From positions 3,732-67,731 of the IMG/VR virus record IMGVR_UViG_3300014293_000001: a stretch of DNA of 64,000 nt, one strand, 5' to 3'. The position numbers were made by a program, and so were the translations under genes. Each line of letters starts with the position of its first letter. Position 1 is the first letter of the stretch. The stretch comes from a virus. Below are positions 35,577-44,897 of the stretch, one piece after another. The notes under the pieces are model-generated. The model saw only the letters and a program-made list of their open reading frames with translations, was not told where the DNA came from and made no database searches.

Positions 35577-36025
35577 TAATAGCACCAGAAGAAAATATAG
35601 TAAGATTATTACGACAAATGAAAGACCAAGGTTTTACTGATTTTGTTATATTAGATGGAAATCTCCACATTTTTGGCGACGGTATTGATGGAAAGATTAT
35701 GTATTTGCCTAAAACAATCATGACTACCTTATGTACATTTTTATTGTCGCATAGACCACCGTATTCTATATCTAAAATTATTGCGGATATTGAACATGAT
35801 TATGTTGGTCCAGATAAAGGATTTCAGTGGTTTGATTGTGTTCATAAACCAAATAAGCTTCGTTTCCGTGAAAGTAAACTTGGCGAAATGGTATTTACAT
35901 TAAATGGTATTGTACGTTGTAACAAAGGCGATAAAATCATCATTGGTGTTAATGGTGAGCAATACCCATGTGATAAAGAAATTTTTAAATTATTATATGA
36001 CGAGGTGGAAAATGCAAGTAATTAA
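35573..36025 (+). CDS. hypothetical protein
   Basis: AGGAGAAAAAG SD; ATGA coupling; 150 aa. Confidence 0.5.
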   Translation: MIIAPEENIVRLLRQMKDQGFTDFVILDGNLHIFGDGIDGKIMYLPKTIMTTLCTFLLSHRPPYSISKIIADIEHDYVGPDKGFQWFDCVHKPNKLRFRESKLGEMVFTLNGIVRCNKGDKIIIGVNGEQYPCDKEIFKLLYDEVENASN

Positions 36026-39000
36026 ACGTGATGGAACAACCGAAGAATATTTAGGTCAAAAAATTGAGCGTGCAGTAGAAAAGGCAATGTTTGCAACATA
36101 TCTTGTTATGGAGCCAACTATGTTAGCAGAACCATTCCAAGTGTCGTTATATGTATGGGATATTATTAAAGACGCAAAAGAACCTATATCTATTAAACAA
36201 TTAGAAAATATTATTTTTCGTAAATTAACTGATGATGGTTATACTGATGCCGCTGTTAATTATATTGAATACAAAACAAAACGTGATATGGAACGTAGTA
36301 AACATAAATTAACTCAAGAATTCTTGGACAAATATCCTGATTACCCTGATTGTATGGACGAGTTAGCTAAATTTGTGTATATTCGTACATATTCTCGTTG
36401 GTTGCCAGATAAAAATCGTCGTGAAACATGGAAAGAAACGTGTGCTCGTGCTATTAATGGTAATTGTTCTTATTTGCCTACGGCAGACGGTGAACCAGAA
36501 GCATTGTTTGATAATATGTTTAATTTACGACAACGTATTTCTGGTCGTATGTTATGGATGGGTGGTACTGAAGCATTGGAAAAAACACCATTAGCGGCGT
36601 ATAATTGTTCTGGTATTACGATGGATAGTATTCATGCATTTCATGAATTATTTTATTTGTTAATGGTAGGTACTGGTGTTGGTTGTCGTGTATTGAAAGA
36701 AGATATTGCAAAATTACCTCAGTTTGATACAACTAAAAAGTTATATCACGTTAAAACTCCTGTTCCTAAAGGTACAACATTAGAGCATACAAAAGTATCT
36801 AACTATGGTCATAGTGTTATCATTACAGTAGGTGATAGTAAAGAAGGTTGGTGTGAAGCATTAACTGCATATCTTACTACTATGACGGATAATGTAACTA
36901 CATCTATTTCTATTGATTACAGTTATATTAGACCTCAAGGTGCACCACTTAAAACATTCGGTGGTTATGCAAGTGGCTATGCATCTTTAAAAGAAATGTT
37001 TGAAAAGCTTCATAAAATTATTGTCAAAGAAAGCACCGATGGTAAATTACGTCCATTGAATGTTGCCGATATGTGTAATATTGTTGGGCAAAATGTAGTT
37101 GCAGGTGGTACACGCAGAACAGCAGAACTTATCCTATTTAGTCCTGATGATGAAGAAATGCTACACGCTAAGGAAAACCTAGACCCAGAACATTACTTCC
37201 GTTATATGTCTAATAACTCTATGTATTTAGAAGAAAAGCCTTCTAAAGAAGGTTTACGTAAGTTAATGATGTCTATTAAAGAAACAGGAGAACCGGGTTT
37301 TATTAATGTTGCTTCTGCTAAAAAGCGTCGTGAAGATTTTGATATATGTAATCCATGTGTAACTGGTACTACAGAAATCTTAACTAAAGAGTATGGTTAT
37401 ATTCAAATTAAAGACGTTGTTGACGAAGATGTAACAGTATGGAATGGTTATGATTGGAGCCCTGTAACACCTAGAGTAACTGGTTATGACCAACCTATGA
37501 TGAGAATTCAATTTTCTAATGGTAATGAATTAGAATGTACTAATTACCATAAATTTGTGATGCAAGATGGTTCTCGCATTGAAGCTCGTGAATTATGTAT
37601 TGGCGACAAATTAGAAAGATGGGAATTCCCTGTAGTTGAAGCAGATGAACGTGCTATGGGTATCTATTATGCAGAAGATTATGACCCATATATTCACGGA
37701 TATTATGCTGGTGATGGTATACAAAATAAACCTTTGATTTACTTATATGGTGAAAAACGTAAATTAGTAGATGTATTCAGCAATTCATCTGGATGTACGA
37801 TTAGTGAAGGGTTAGAACGTGATACAGTATTATTGCCTAAACAACTATCTAAATATCTTGTACCAGATGTTGGGGACGCAGTATATCATAGATTGCGTTA
37901 CTTAGCTGGTCTACTTGATAGTACTGGATGCGTACATTTCAGTGAAGGCTCTGTTGCTATTCCATCTATTGATAAAGAATTCCTTATTAAGATTTCTCGT
38001 CTGTTAAATACACTAGGTTGTCATGCTTCTATTCATTTAATGCATGAAGGTGGTTATCGTAAAGTGCCAGTTGAAGGTGGTCCTGATGATAGTCAAGTAT
38101 ATTATTGCCGACCTACATATAAATTAATTATTCCCGCTTGGTATGTTAGACGTTTAATTAATTTGGGTTTGTCAACTCATTATATTCATTTAGATGCTTA
38201 TCCAAATAGTAATGATAGCCAAGCTATTTATATCACATCTATTGAATATATTAGAAATTGTCCAACAGTATATTGTTTTACTGAAAATAAAAATCATACT
38301 GGTATTTTTAATGGTGTTATGACTGGACAATGTGCTGAAATTTTATTACCATCTAAAGCAGTATGCAACCTTACTAATATCAACGTATCTAAGTTTATTG
38401 ATGAACGTGGTAATGTAATGATACCTCAGCTTAAAGAAGCATGTAAATTATCTGCTCGTGCTTGTTATCGTTTAACTGAACCTGAATTAGAATTAGAAGG
38501 TTGGAGTGATATTCACCATAGAGACCGTTTAATTGGTTGCTCTATTACAGGTTGGCAAGATGCTGTAGCTGGTAATTTAACGAAAGAAGAACAAGAAGCA
38601 TTACTTGTATTAATGAAAATGTGGATTAACGATGCGGCTAATAAATACGCAGATGAAAACCATCGTCCTCACCCTGTATTGTATACAACAGTACAACCAG
38701 ATGGTACAGGTGGATTAATTAGTAGTTGTTCTGCTGGTGTTCATTATAATCATGCTCCATATTATTTCAGACGTGTACGTATTTCAACCAATTCTCCATT
38801 ATACCAAGCTGTTAAATATTTAGATGGCTGGCAAATTGATAATGAAGTTGGTCAAGGTGATGATGGTAATACAAAAGTAATTACATTCCCTTGTAAATCT
38901 AAATCTACAATTACAAAATATAATGTATCAGCTATTGAACAATTAGAACAATATAAGATGATGCAAACATGTTACGTGGACCATAATACATCAATTACTG

Positions 39001-39281
39001 TTACAGTAAAAGACAATGAATGGGACGATGTAATAGATTGGTTAGATAAAAATTGGGATTGTGTAGTAGGTATTTCATTCTTGTCTCTAAATCAAGATTA
39101 CTATCCGTTAATGCCTTATGAAGAATGCACTAAAGAACAGTACTTAGAATTAAAATCTAAAATGTCTCCACTTGACCCAGAATTAGTCAATAAATATGAA
39201 TTTGAACTACAAACTGTAGGTAAAGATTTTGAAATTGATGAAAGTGGAGAATGTGAAGATGGTCATTGCCCAGTGCGGTAG
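36012..39281 (+). CDS. ribonucleotide reductase large chain (class II/NrdJ-like, tentative class) interrupted by an intein
   Basis: GAGGTGG SD before ATG 36012 'MQVIKRDGTTEEY'; 'GGTRRTAELILFS'; active site 'NP|C..intein..|CAEILLP...CNL'; C-terminal Cys pair 'CEDGHC'; no small-subunit gene in the window. Confidence 0.75.
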   Translation: MQVIKRDGTTEEYLGQKIERAVEKAMFATYLVMEPTMLAEPFQVSLYVWDIIKDAKEPISIKQLENIIFRKLTDDGYTDAAVNYIEYKTKRDMERSKHKLTQEFLDKYPDYPDCMDELAKFVYIRTYSRWLPDKNRRETWKETCARAINGNCSYLPTADGEPEALFDNMFNLRQRISGRMLWMGGTEALEKTPLAAYNCSGITMDSIHAFHELFYLLMVGTGVGCRVLKEDIAKLPQFDTTKKLYHVKTPVPKGTTLEHTKVSNYGHSVIITVGDSKEGWCEALTAYLTTMTDNVTTSISIDYSYIRPQGAPLKTFGGYASGYASLKEMFEKLHKIIVKESTDGKLRPLNVADMCNIVGQNVVAGGTRRTAELILFSPDDEEMLHAKENLDPEHYFRYMSNNSMYLEEKPSKEGLRKLMMSIKETGEPGFINVASAKKRREDFDICNPCVTGTTEILTKEYGYIQIKDVVDEDVTVWNGYDWSPVTPRVTGYDQPMMRIQFSNGNELECTNYHKFVMQDGSRIEARELCIGDKLERWEFPVVEADERAMGIYYAEDYDPYIHGYYAGDGIQNKPLIYLYGEKRKLVDVFSNSSGCTISEGLERDTVLLPKQLSKYLVPDVGDAVYHRLRYLAGLLDSTGCVHFSEGSVAIPSIDKEFLIKISRLLNTLGCHASIHLMHEGGYRKVPVEGGPDDSQVYYCRPTYKLIIPAWYVRRLINLGLSTHYIHLDAYPNSNDSQAIYITSIEYIRNCPTVYCFTENKNHTGIFNGVMTGQCAEILLPSKAVCNLTNINVSKFIDERGNVMIPQLKEACKLSARACYRLTEPELELEGWSDIHHRDRLIGCSITGWQDAVAGNLTKEEQEALLVLMKMWINDAANKYADENHRPHPVLYTTVQPDGTGGLISSCSAGVHYNHAPYYFRRVRISTNSPLYQAVKYLDGWQIDNEVGQGDDGNTKVITFPCKSKSTITKYNVSAIEQLEQYKMMQTCYVDHNTSITVTVKDNEWDDVIDWLDKNWDCVVGISFLSLNQDYYPLMPYEECTKEQYLELKSKMSPLDPELVNKYEFELQTVGKDFEIDESGECEDGHCPVR
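37356..38330 (+). mobile_element. 325-aa intein with a LAGLIDADG homing-endonuclease domain inside the RNR active-site motif
   Basis: Starts 'CVTGTTEILT'; LAGLIDADG-like 'GYYAGDG' and 'LAGLLDSTG'; ends 'HTGIFNGVMTGQ' followed by Cys. Confidence 0.75.
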
Positions 39282-39298
39282 CCATGCTCAGCGAGGGG

Positions 39299-39328
39299 TT
39301 GACAGCCGACCCCTCTTTGTGCTATCAT
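39299..39328 (+). promoter_or_regulatory. GC-rich cassette promoter P4
   Basis: TTGACA (39299-304), 18 nt, TGC-TATCAT (39323-28); GAGGGG/CCCCTC inverted repeat brackets the -35. Confidence 0.55.
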
Positions 39329-39349
39329 AGAAGCATGGAAGGAGGATAT

Positions 39350-39811
39350 ATGATTATTTATAAAACAGGAAATATGTTTAATTCTGATGCTAACTATTTT
39401 GTAGACCCAGTGAATCTTATGGGTACATCTGGTAAAGGATTAGCACTTGAGGTTAAACGACGATACCCACAAGCCGAACGAATTTATCAAGTGATATGTA
39501 AATCTGGTCAATTTGATATTGGCGATATTTTACAAACACCAACAGGTGATGATAAATTTATTTTATTTTTCCCAACTAAAAAACATTGGAAAGACCCATC
39601 TGAATATTCGTATATCGAACGTGGTTTAGACTCATTAAAATATCGTTGTCAAGATATACCTAAAAATTCTATTGTTGCCGTACCACAATTAGGTTGCGGT
39701 TTAGGTGGATTAAAATGGGATAAAGTCCATGATTTAATTATCCAAAATCTTAAAGATATTCGTGACGTTACATTTTATATATATGGACCAAATGTGGGTG
39801 AGAAAAAATGA
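39350..39811 (+). CDS. macro-domain protein (ADP-ribose binding/hydrolase fold)
   Basis: GGAAGGAGG SD before ATG 39350; 'IIYKTGNMFNSDANYFVDPVNLMGTSGKGLA...QLGCGLGGL'. Confidence 0.65.
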   Translation: MIIYKTGNMFNSDANYFVDPVNLMGTSGKGLALEVKRRYPQAERIYQVICKSGQFDIGDILQTPTGDDKFILFFPTKKHWKDPSEYSYIERGLDSLKYRCQDIPKNSIVAVPQLGCGLGGLKWDKVHDLIIQNLKDIRDVTFYIYGPNVGEKK

Positions 39812-40098
39812 AACACTTATTTAGAGCAAAAGATGAAAATGGTAATTTAGTTTACGGTTCAGTTGTGTATGGTCAATCTATACCACAGTATTGGGACGGA
39901 GAATTGGATAAAACTTATTTTTTTGTTACTGATATTGAATTTAACGAAAGATGGGAAGTAGTATTTGACGAAGATGGATATGCAGATGATGAATATTATC
40001 CAAATTGGGACGTAGAAGTTACTGAAATTGATTGGGATACATTAGAATTCAATTTGAATGGACAATGGATAAAATATGAGGTGAAAGAATGCAAGTAG
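39808..40098 (+). CDS. YopX-like small protein, paralog A
   Basis: 'MKHLFRAKDENGNLVYGSV...'; similar to 41219..41506. Confidence 0.45.
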   Translation: MKHLFRAKDENGNLVYGSVVYGQSIPQYWDGELDKTYFFVTDIEFNERWEVVFDEDGYADDEYYPNWDVEVTEIDWDTLEFNLNGQWIKYEVKECK

Positions 40099-40751
40099 AA
40101 TTAATAGCTAATACATTATTAGAACTGCCAGTACATGCAATGAGTAAGTGTTATGGTTCTAATACCACAGAGAAGTCTTTAATTAATGCGTGTAAAGCTG
40201 GTCATTTGTCTTTATTGGAACATGCATATGCTACATTCGATATTGAAATGAGCCAAAAATGTTTGGCACAAATTACACGTCATAGACAATTATCTTTTAC
40301 TGTAAAATCTACACGTGGCACAGATTTTAGCGATGGTGGATATTTTGACTCTCATGAACATGATTGGGGTGATATTCCACATCACACAGTAGTGGCAGAT
40401 TGTATTAATAAAATTATTGAAAAACAAATTCAAGAATACCAACTACTAATTCAAGATGGTATTCCATATCAAATTGCCGCTTATGTGTTACCACTAGCTA
40501 CAAATGTTACTATGACTGTTACTGGTAATCTTAGAGCGTGGTTAGAGTATTTGCCTAAACGATTGTGTAAACGTGCTTCTCGTGAACATCAAGCGATTGC
40601 TCGTGAAATTTTTAGACAATTAAACAAAGCATATCCAGATTTATTTACATTAGAAATTTTGGGCATGTGTGAGGGTTGTAAAGAAACATCTTGCGATTTT
40701 ACATCTCATAAAAAACAACCTAAGACACCTGTAAGAAAGGAACTACAATGA
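40089..40751 (+). CDS. thyX: flavin-dependent thymidylate synthase
   Basis: ThyX signature 'RHRQLSFTVKSTR'; 220 aa. Confidence 0.8.
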   Translation: MQVELIANTLLELPVHAMSKCYGSNTTEKSLINACKAGHLSLLEHAYATFDIEMSQKCLAQITRHRQLSFTVKSTRGTDFSDGGYFDSHEHDWGDIPHHTVVADCINKIIEKQIQEYQLLIQDGIPYQIAAYVLPLATNVTMTVTGNLRAWLEYLPKRLCKRASREHQAIAREIFRQLNKAYPDLFTLEILGMCEGCKETSCDFTSHKKQPKTPVRKELQ

Positions 40752-40993
40752 ACACATTAATAATTTTAGTTGTATCAATACTTACATTTTCAGTACTAGT
40801 ATGTGCTATTTTAGCTAAAGTTTTGTCTGTTCTTACTATCATTGGTGCTGTATGTTGGTTATTAAATTTATTTAGTGTAACTGGTACAACAGTTTTATGG
40901 TTATTTGTTGGCACCATTGCTTGTGGATTATATATTTTGATTTTGCCAATTCTTATCGCAATAATTGCAGAATTTGGAGGTAACAATGGATAA
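40748..40993 (+). CDS. small three-helix membrane protein
   Basis: 81 aa, almost entirely hydrophobic; ATGA coupling. Confidence 0.55.
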   Translation: MNTLIILVVSILTFSVLVCAILAKVLSVLTIIGAVCWLLNLFSVTGTTVLWLFVGTIACGLYILILPILIAIIAEFGGNNG

Positions 40994-41219
40994 AAACGAA
41001 CAAAATAACTACAAACAAAGATTTATCAATGAATATGTAGAACTTAAAGATAAATATATTAAACTACATAAAATGTTAGTTAAATATGATGCTGGTAAAT
41101 TGGAATTTACACCAACCTGTCCGATTGATTTATTGCGTAAACAAAAATCTTTAATGGGCGAGTATCTTAATGTGTTAGAAATTAGAGCCGTTATTGAAGA
41201 TGTGGAGTTACCAGAATAA
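40986..41219 (+). CDS. hypothetical helical protein
   Basis: GGAGGT SD before ATG 40986 (the track starts at 40965). Confidence 0.5.
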   Translation: MDKNEQNNYKQRFINEYVELKDKYIKLHKMLVKYDAGKLEFTPTCPIDLLRKQKSLMGEYLNVLEIRAVIEDVELPE

Positions 41220-41506
41220 TGAAATCACCATTTAGAGCTAAGAAAGATGGTCAATGGATATATGGAACGGTACATGTAGACCAACAAGGTGTTGCTCATT
41301 TCTTATCACCAGCTGCTATACGTAATATCAATGATTACGAACCAAGTGAGTTACAAGGAATGATATTCAAAATAGAACTTATGTCAGTAGAGTGGGGTAC
41401 ACTTGAAATTAATATTGGTTCTAAATATGTTCCATATGATATTGCGAATCCCAAAAAACGTATTGGAGGTGGCTTGTTTGAGTTCATACCTTTCCGATTA
41501 TTTTGA
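41219..41506 (+). CDS. YopX-like small protein, paralog B
   Basis: 'MKSPFRAKKDGQWIYGTV...'; similar to 39808..40098. Confidence 0.45.
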   Translation: MKSPFRAKKDGQWIYGTVHVDQQGVAHFLSPAAIRNINDYEPSELQGMIFKIELMSVEWGTLEINIGSKYVPYDIANPKKRIGGGLFEFIPFRLF

Positions 41507-41990
41507 TATTATTAATCAAATCAATCAACATTATAGAACTAATAAACCGATTAAGAATCTCGATTATCTATTCAATAAAGCCGAATTTTTACGTTCTTCT
41601 TGTATTGAAACAAAGCAAGCACTATATAATATATATAGTGATATAGATAATATTGATGATGATTGTATTATGGACGGAATGCCACATGGACGATTAATAT
41701 TACATGGTGATAAAGTACAGTTTATGTGCAAAGATAATGGGGCTGATGAGTTGAGATGTGAAATATCTATGCCAAAATCAGTGAGCGATTTGACATTCGC
41801 TGATATGAGTGGTAAAATACAATCAGAAGTTACAGTAGTAGCTTTCATACAGCGTGTTAATACGTTAATTAATCGTGAACATGAATACATTCAAAACAGA
41901 AAGGGGTATTTACATGAACGATACAGTGAAAAGTCTAAGCGATATAATGCCAGCGAAACCGATGAAATACAATGTATCTGTATTCACTAA
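41478..41990 (+). CDS. hypothetical protein (TTG start inferred)
   Basis: GGAGGT 7 nt before TTG 41478; the track start at 41403 overlaps the previous gene by 100 nt. Confidence 0.4.
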   Translation: MSSYLSDYFDIINQINQHYRTNKPIKNLDYLFNKAEFLRSSCIETKQALYNIYSDIDNIDDDCIMDGMPHGRLILHGDKVQFMCKDNGADELRCEISMPKSVSDLTFADMSGKIQSEVTVVAFIQRVNTLINREHEYIQNRKGYLHERYSEKSKRYNASETDEIQCICIH

Positions 41991-42132
41991 TTTGATTGCT
42001 ACGAAGCAAGAAATATATGCAAGTAAACGTGATTTTTATGCAGAGGCAAATGATGACATAAATATGAGGTATTACGACGCCAAAGCAGACGCTTGTCGGG
42101 AATTACTATATACTATGGAGAAAATATTTTAG
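41914..42132 (+). CDS. hypothetical protein
   Basis: AAAGGGG SD before ATG 41914. Confidence 0.45.
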   Translation: MNDTVKSLSDIMPAKPMKYNVSVFTNLIATKQEIYASKRDFYAEANDDINMRYYDAKADACRELLYTMEKIF

Positions 42133-42181
42133 AAAGGATGATTTTATTAAACAGGTAAGATTATTTATTATCACAACGATT

Positions 42182-42463
42182 TTGGCAATGTTGCCACTTA
42201 TTACATTTGCATATCCAGTTAATGTAGAGCTTACAGCTTATACACATACTGGTTCTGTAATGGCTAACGGTGAATATCCCTATGTAGGAGCCGTTGCATC
42301 TAATGACTATCCTCTTGGAACTACAGTGTATATTGATGGTAATCCTTATACAGTAGCAGATAGAATGGCAGATGGCGTATATGGGGTTATTGATATTTTT
42401 ATGGACAGCTATGACGAAGCTGTCAATTTTGGTAGACGATATACCACAGTTTATGTTAATTAA
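42182..42463 (+). CDS. secreted 3D-domain (RlpA-like barrel) cell-wall protein; true start may be ATT 42146
   Basis: 'VASNDYPLGTTVYIDGNPYTVADRMADGVYGVIDIF'. The in-frame upstream codons encode the rest of a signal peptide. Confidence 0.55.
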   Translation: MAMLPLITFAYPVNVELTAYTHTGSVMANGEYPYVGAVASNDYPLGTTVYIDGNPYTVADRMADGVYGVIDIFMDSYDEAVNFGRRYTTVYVN

Positions 42464-42473
42464 GGAGTAAAGT

Positions 42474-42764
42474 ATGAACAAAGTAATTCTTGAAGGCGTT
42501 ATGGCTCGTAATCCTCAAACCAAAGAGGTTGGTTCTGGTAAAGTATGTAACTTTACAGTTAAATGTGTTGACGAAGTGGAAGTAAAAGGTGAAACAAAAC
42601 AATTTACATCTTTTGTGAATTGCGTAGCGTGGAATGAATTTTCTGACCAATATGTAAATGCAGTTGAGGGCGAACCTGTTAGTGTAGAAGGTCGCCTACA
42701 AACTCGCTCTTATGAAAAAGATGGTCAAAAACATTACGTAACTGAAGTCAATGTTAATAAATAG
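42474..42764 (+). CDS. ssb: single-stranded DNA-binding protein (OB fold, no acidic tail)
   Basis: 'MNKVILEGVMARNPQ...FVNCVAWNEFS...VEGRLQTRSYEKDGQK'. Confidence 0.7.
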   Translation: MNKVILEGVMARNPQTKEVGSGKVCNFTVKCVDEVEVKGETKQFTSFVNCVAWNEFSDQYVNAVEGEPVSVEGRLQTRSYEKDGQKHYVTEVNVNK

Positions 42765-42772
42765 GAGGTTGT

Positions 42773-43204
42773 ATGAGATTATTTGCAAAAGTATCTTATA
42801 TGCCTAACGGTGTTTTACCAGAAAGAAAAACAAAACATTCTGCTGGTTACGATTTAGCGGTAGTTGAAGGTGGGGTTATCCCACCTCATTCTACTAAAAT
42901 CTTTAATACAGGGATTAAGGCATGTATGGAAGATGATGAGGTATTATTAATTTTTGTGCGTTCATCTATTGGTATTAAACGTGGCATTACCTTAGCTAAT
43001 GGTACAGGTGTAATTGATTCTGATTATTATAATAATGAAGACAACGAAGGTCATATTATGTTAGCATTATATAATAATACAGATGAAAATGTAACTATTG
43101 ATGATGGTGAATATGTAGCACAAGGTGTATTTGTAAATTATTTATGCACTGGTGACACAGTAGTAAAAGAACGAAAAGGCGGTATTGGTTCTACAAATGG
43201 CTAA
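42773..43204 (+). CDS. dut: trimeric dUTPase
   Basis: 'SAGYDL', 'GVIDSDY', 'RKGGIGSTN' motifs. Confidence 0.85.
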   Translation: MRLFAKVSYMPNGVLPERKTKHSAGYDLAVVEGGVIPPHSTKIFNTGIKACMEDDEVLLIFVRSSIGIKRGITLANGTGVIDSDYYNNEDNEGHIMLALYNNTDENVTIDDGEYVAQGVFVNYLCTGDTVVKERKGGIGSTNG

Positions 43205-43712
43205 AGATTACGACCAATGGTATATTGATATTGTAAACACAGCCGAAACGCCTGAGAGAGGAATAATTACTGTCCGTAAATTAATGGAGAAACGTGAAGA
43301 ATGGGAAGATGCTACGGCATATTGTAAAGATAAAAGATGGTTTTATAAAACAGGACAACATAATAAAAATAAAGAAAAAATAGAAATGTCTAACCCTAGT
43401 GAGTATTTTGATAAACTTTCACGCACAGCTTCTATTAATAAAATTATGCAAGCGGTCAATTCATATGCTATGATGTGTGATAAGAAAGCATGGAAATCTT
43501 TCTGTAAAAAAGTCTTAGCTGGTGAATACTACGTTAAACAAGGAGCGTATTCTGAACGAAAAACTAAGTCCATTAAAAATAGTGTGGCTCGTTTACTTCC
43601 GAAATTACGTGAATTTATAACTGTTTATGTAGAACATGACCCAACGATTGATGATGATGTAAAGGAGTACATTAAGCGTGTTAGCAAGAAAAATAAAAAG
43701 TTTAAACGATAG
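43197..43712 (+). CDS. hypothetical protein
   Basis: ATG 43197 (the track uses TTG 43185); 171 aa. Confidence 0.45.
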   Translation: MAKDYDQWYIDIVNTAETPERGIITVRKLMEKREEWEDATAYCKDKRWFYKTGQHNKNKEKIEMSNPSEYFDKLSRTASINKIMQAVNSYAMMCDKKAWKSFCKKVLAGEYYVKQGAYSERKTKSIKNSVARLLPKLREFITVYVEHDPTIDDDVKEYIKRVSKKNKKFKR

Positions 43713-44484
43713 CTACGAAAAGCATATTATGCAAGTACGTGTAGACGCAGATAAAGGTGCATTAGCCGTATTATCTGATGTGCATGAAGGGTTAAATAAT
43801 CGTAAACAATTACAAGAAGCTGTTAATATGCTTGTTGCATTAGGTCCGAACTGTAAAGTGGTATTAGGTGGTGATAGTACTAATACTGTCACAAAAAATT
43901 CTAAAGGTAATGTACTGGAAGAATGGTGTAGTGGTGATAAACAAGTATATAGTCTTGTAGATGATATTAGACCACTATATGAAACAGGTCAGCTGATTGG
44001 TATTATCGCAGGTAATCATGGTGCACGTGCGTATAATGAAGCCTTTATTAATGTTGAAATGATGATTGCAAGTTTATTGGGCGACCGAAACTTGTATAAA
44101 GGTGAATTTGGTATTGTCTATTTTAATGTAAACAAAAATTGTTACGTTCATCACATCTTACATAAACACAAAAAGGCTAAAAATCATTATGATTATTTTA
44201 ATGCTGATGTAACATGGTATGAACATTTCCATGAACCGTATGCTGTACCTAAATTAGTTATTGAGCATAACAAATACGTTAAAAAACCAGTAGCGAAAGA
44301 AATTTGGGAATTACATCAAGGTTCATTTCAAGTATATCCTGATTACTGTAAAGCAAGTGGTATTAGACCTACAGTAGGTGGTTTTTATATTGCTGAAATG
44401 AATGGTATTGAACATCAACGTCAAGTCATTCCTTATTTAGACCACCAATTACAATCTCTTATTGAAAGGGGTTATTCATTATGA
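43678..44484 (+). CDS. calcineurin-like metallophosphoesterase
   Basis: 'LSDVHEG', 'LGGDS', 'AGNHGAR' motifs; AAAGGAG 10 nt before GTG. Confidence 0.6.
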   Translation: MLARKIKSLNDSYEKHIMQVRVDADKGALAVLSDVHEGLNNRKQLQEAVNMLVALGPNCKVVLGGDSTNTVTKNSKGNVLEEWCSGDKQVYSLVDDIRPLYETGQLIGIIAGNHGARAYNEAFINVEMMIASLLGDRNLYKGEFGIVYFNVNKNCYVHHILHKHKKAKNHYDYFNADVTWYEHFHEPYAVPKLVIEHNKYVKKPVAKEIWELHQGSFQVYPDYCKASGIRPTVGGFYIAEMNGIEHQRQVIPYLDHQLQSLIERGYSL

Positions 44485-44897
44485 GTTTACTAAATACAGC
44501 CTATATCAATGTAGGCTTTAAAACCTATATTCCCCTTGATAGCATTGATTACATATTAGATAGCACTGAACAACGATATAAGCGTTTAGTAATTGCGATG
44601 AAAAAAGAAGGTCTAATTAAACTTGATGCGACTAAACGTAGAAAGTGTCGCAGTCTTATCGTTACTAAAGATAAAATGGGTATCTTATCTGCATTTCCAC
44701 CTGAATATTTATTAGGTTTAAATGTAGATGATGAAATACAAGATAAGCTATTAGAGCAAGATAAGATTGAAAAGGCAAAAGGTCGAATTCGTTATTATAA
44801 ATGGGGGTATGAACATGGATATAAAACAGAGGAAGAGTATAGAAGAGCGTGTGAAGAAGCCAAGACCCTCGGAATACAAGAAGAAACCGAAGCCTAG
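44481..44897 (+). CDS. RemA/DUF370-like DNA-binding protein with a C-terminal extension
   Basis: 'INVGFKTYIPLDSIDYIL...LIKLDATKRRKCRSLIVTKDKMGILSAFPPEYL' resembles B. subtilis RemA. Confidence 0.45.
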   Translation: MSLLNTAYINVGFKTYIPLDSIDYILDSTEQRYKRLVIAMKKEGLIKLDATKRRKCRSLIVTKDKMGILSAFPPEYLLGLNVDDEIQDKLLEQDKIEKAKGRIRYYKWGYEHGYKTEEEYRRACEEAKTLGIQEETEA

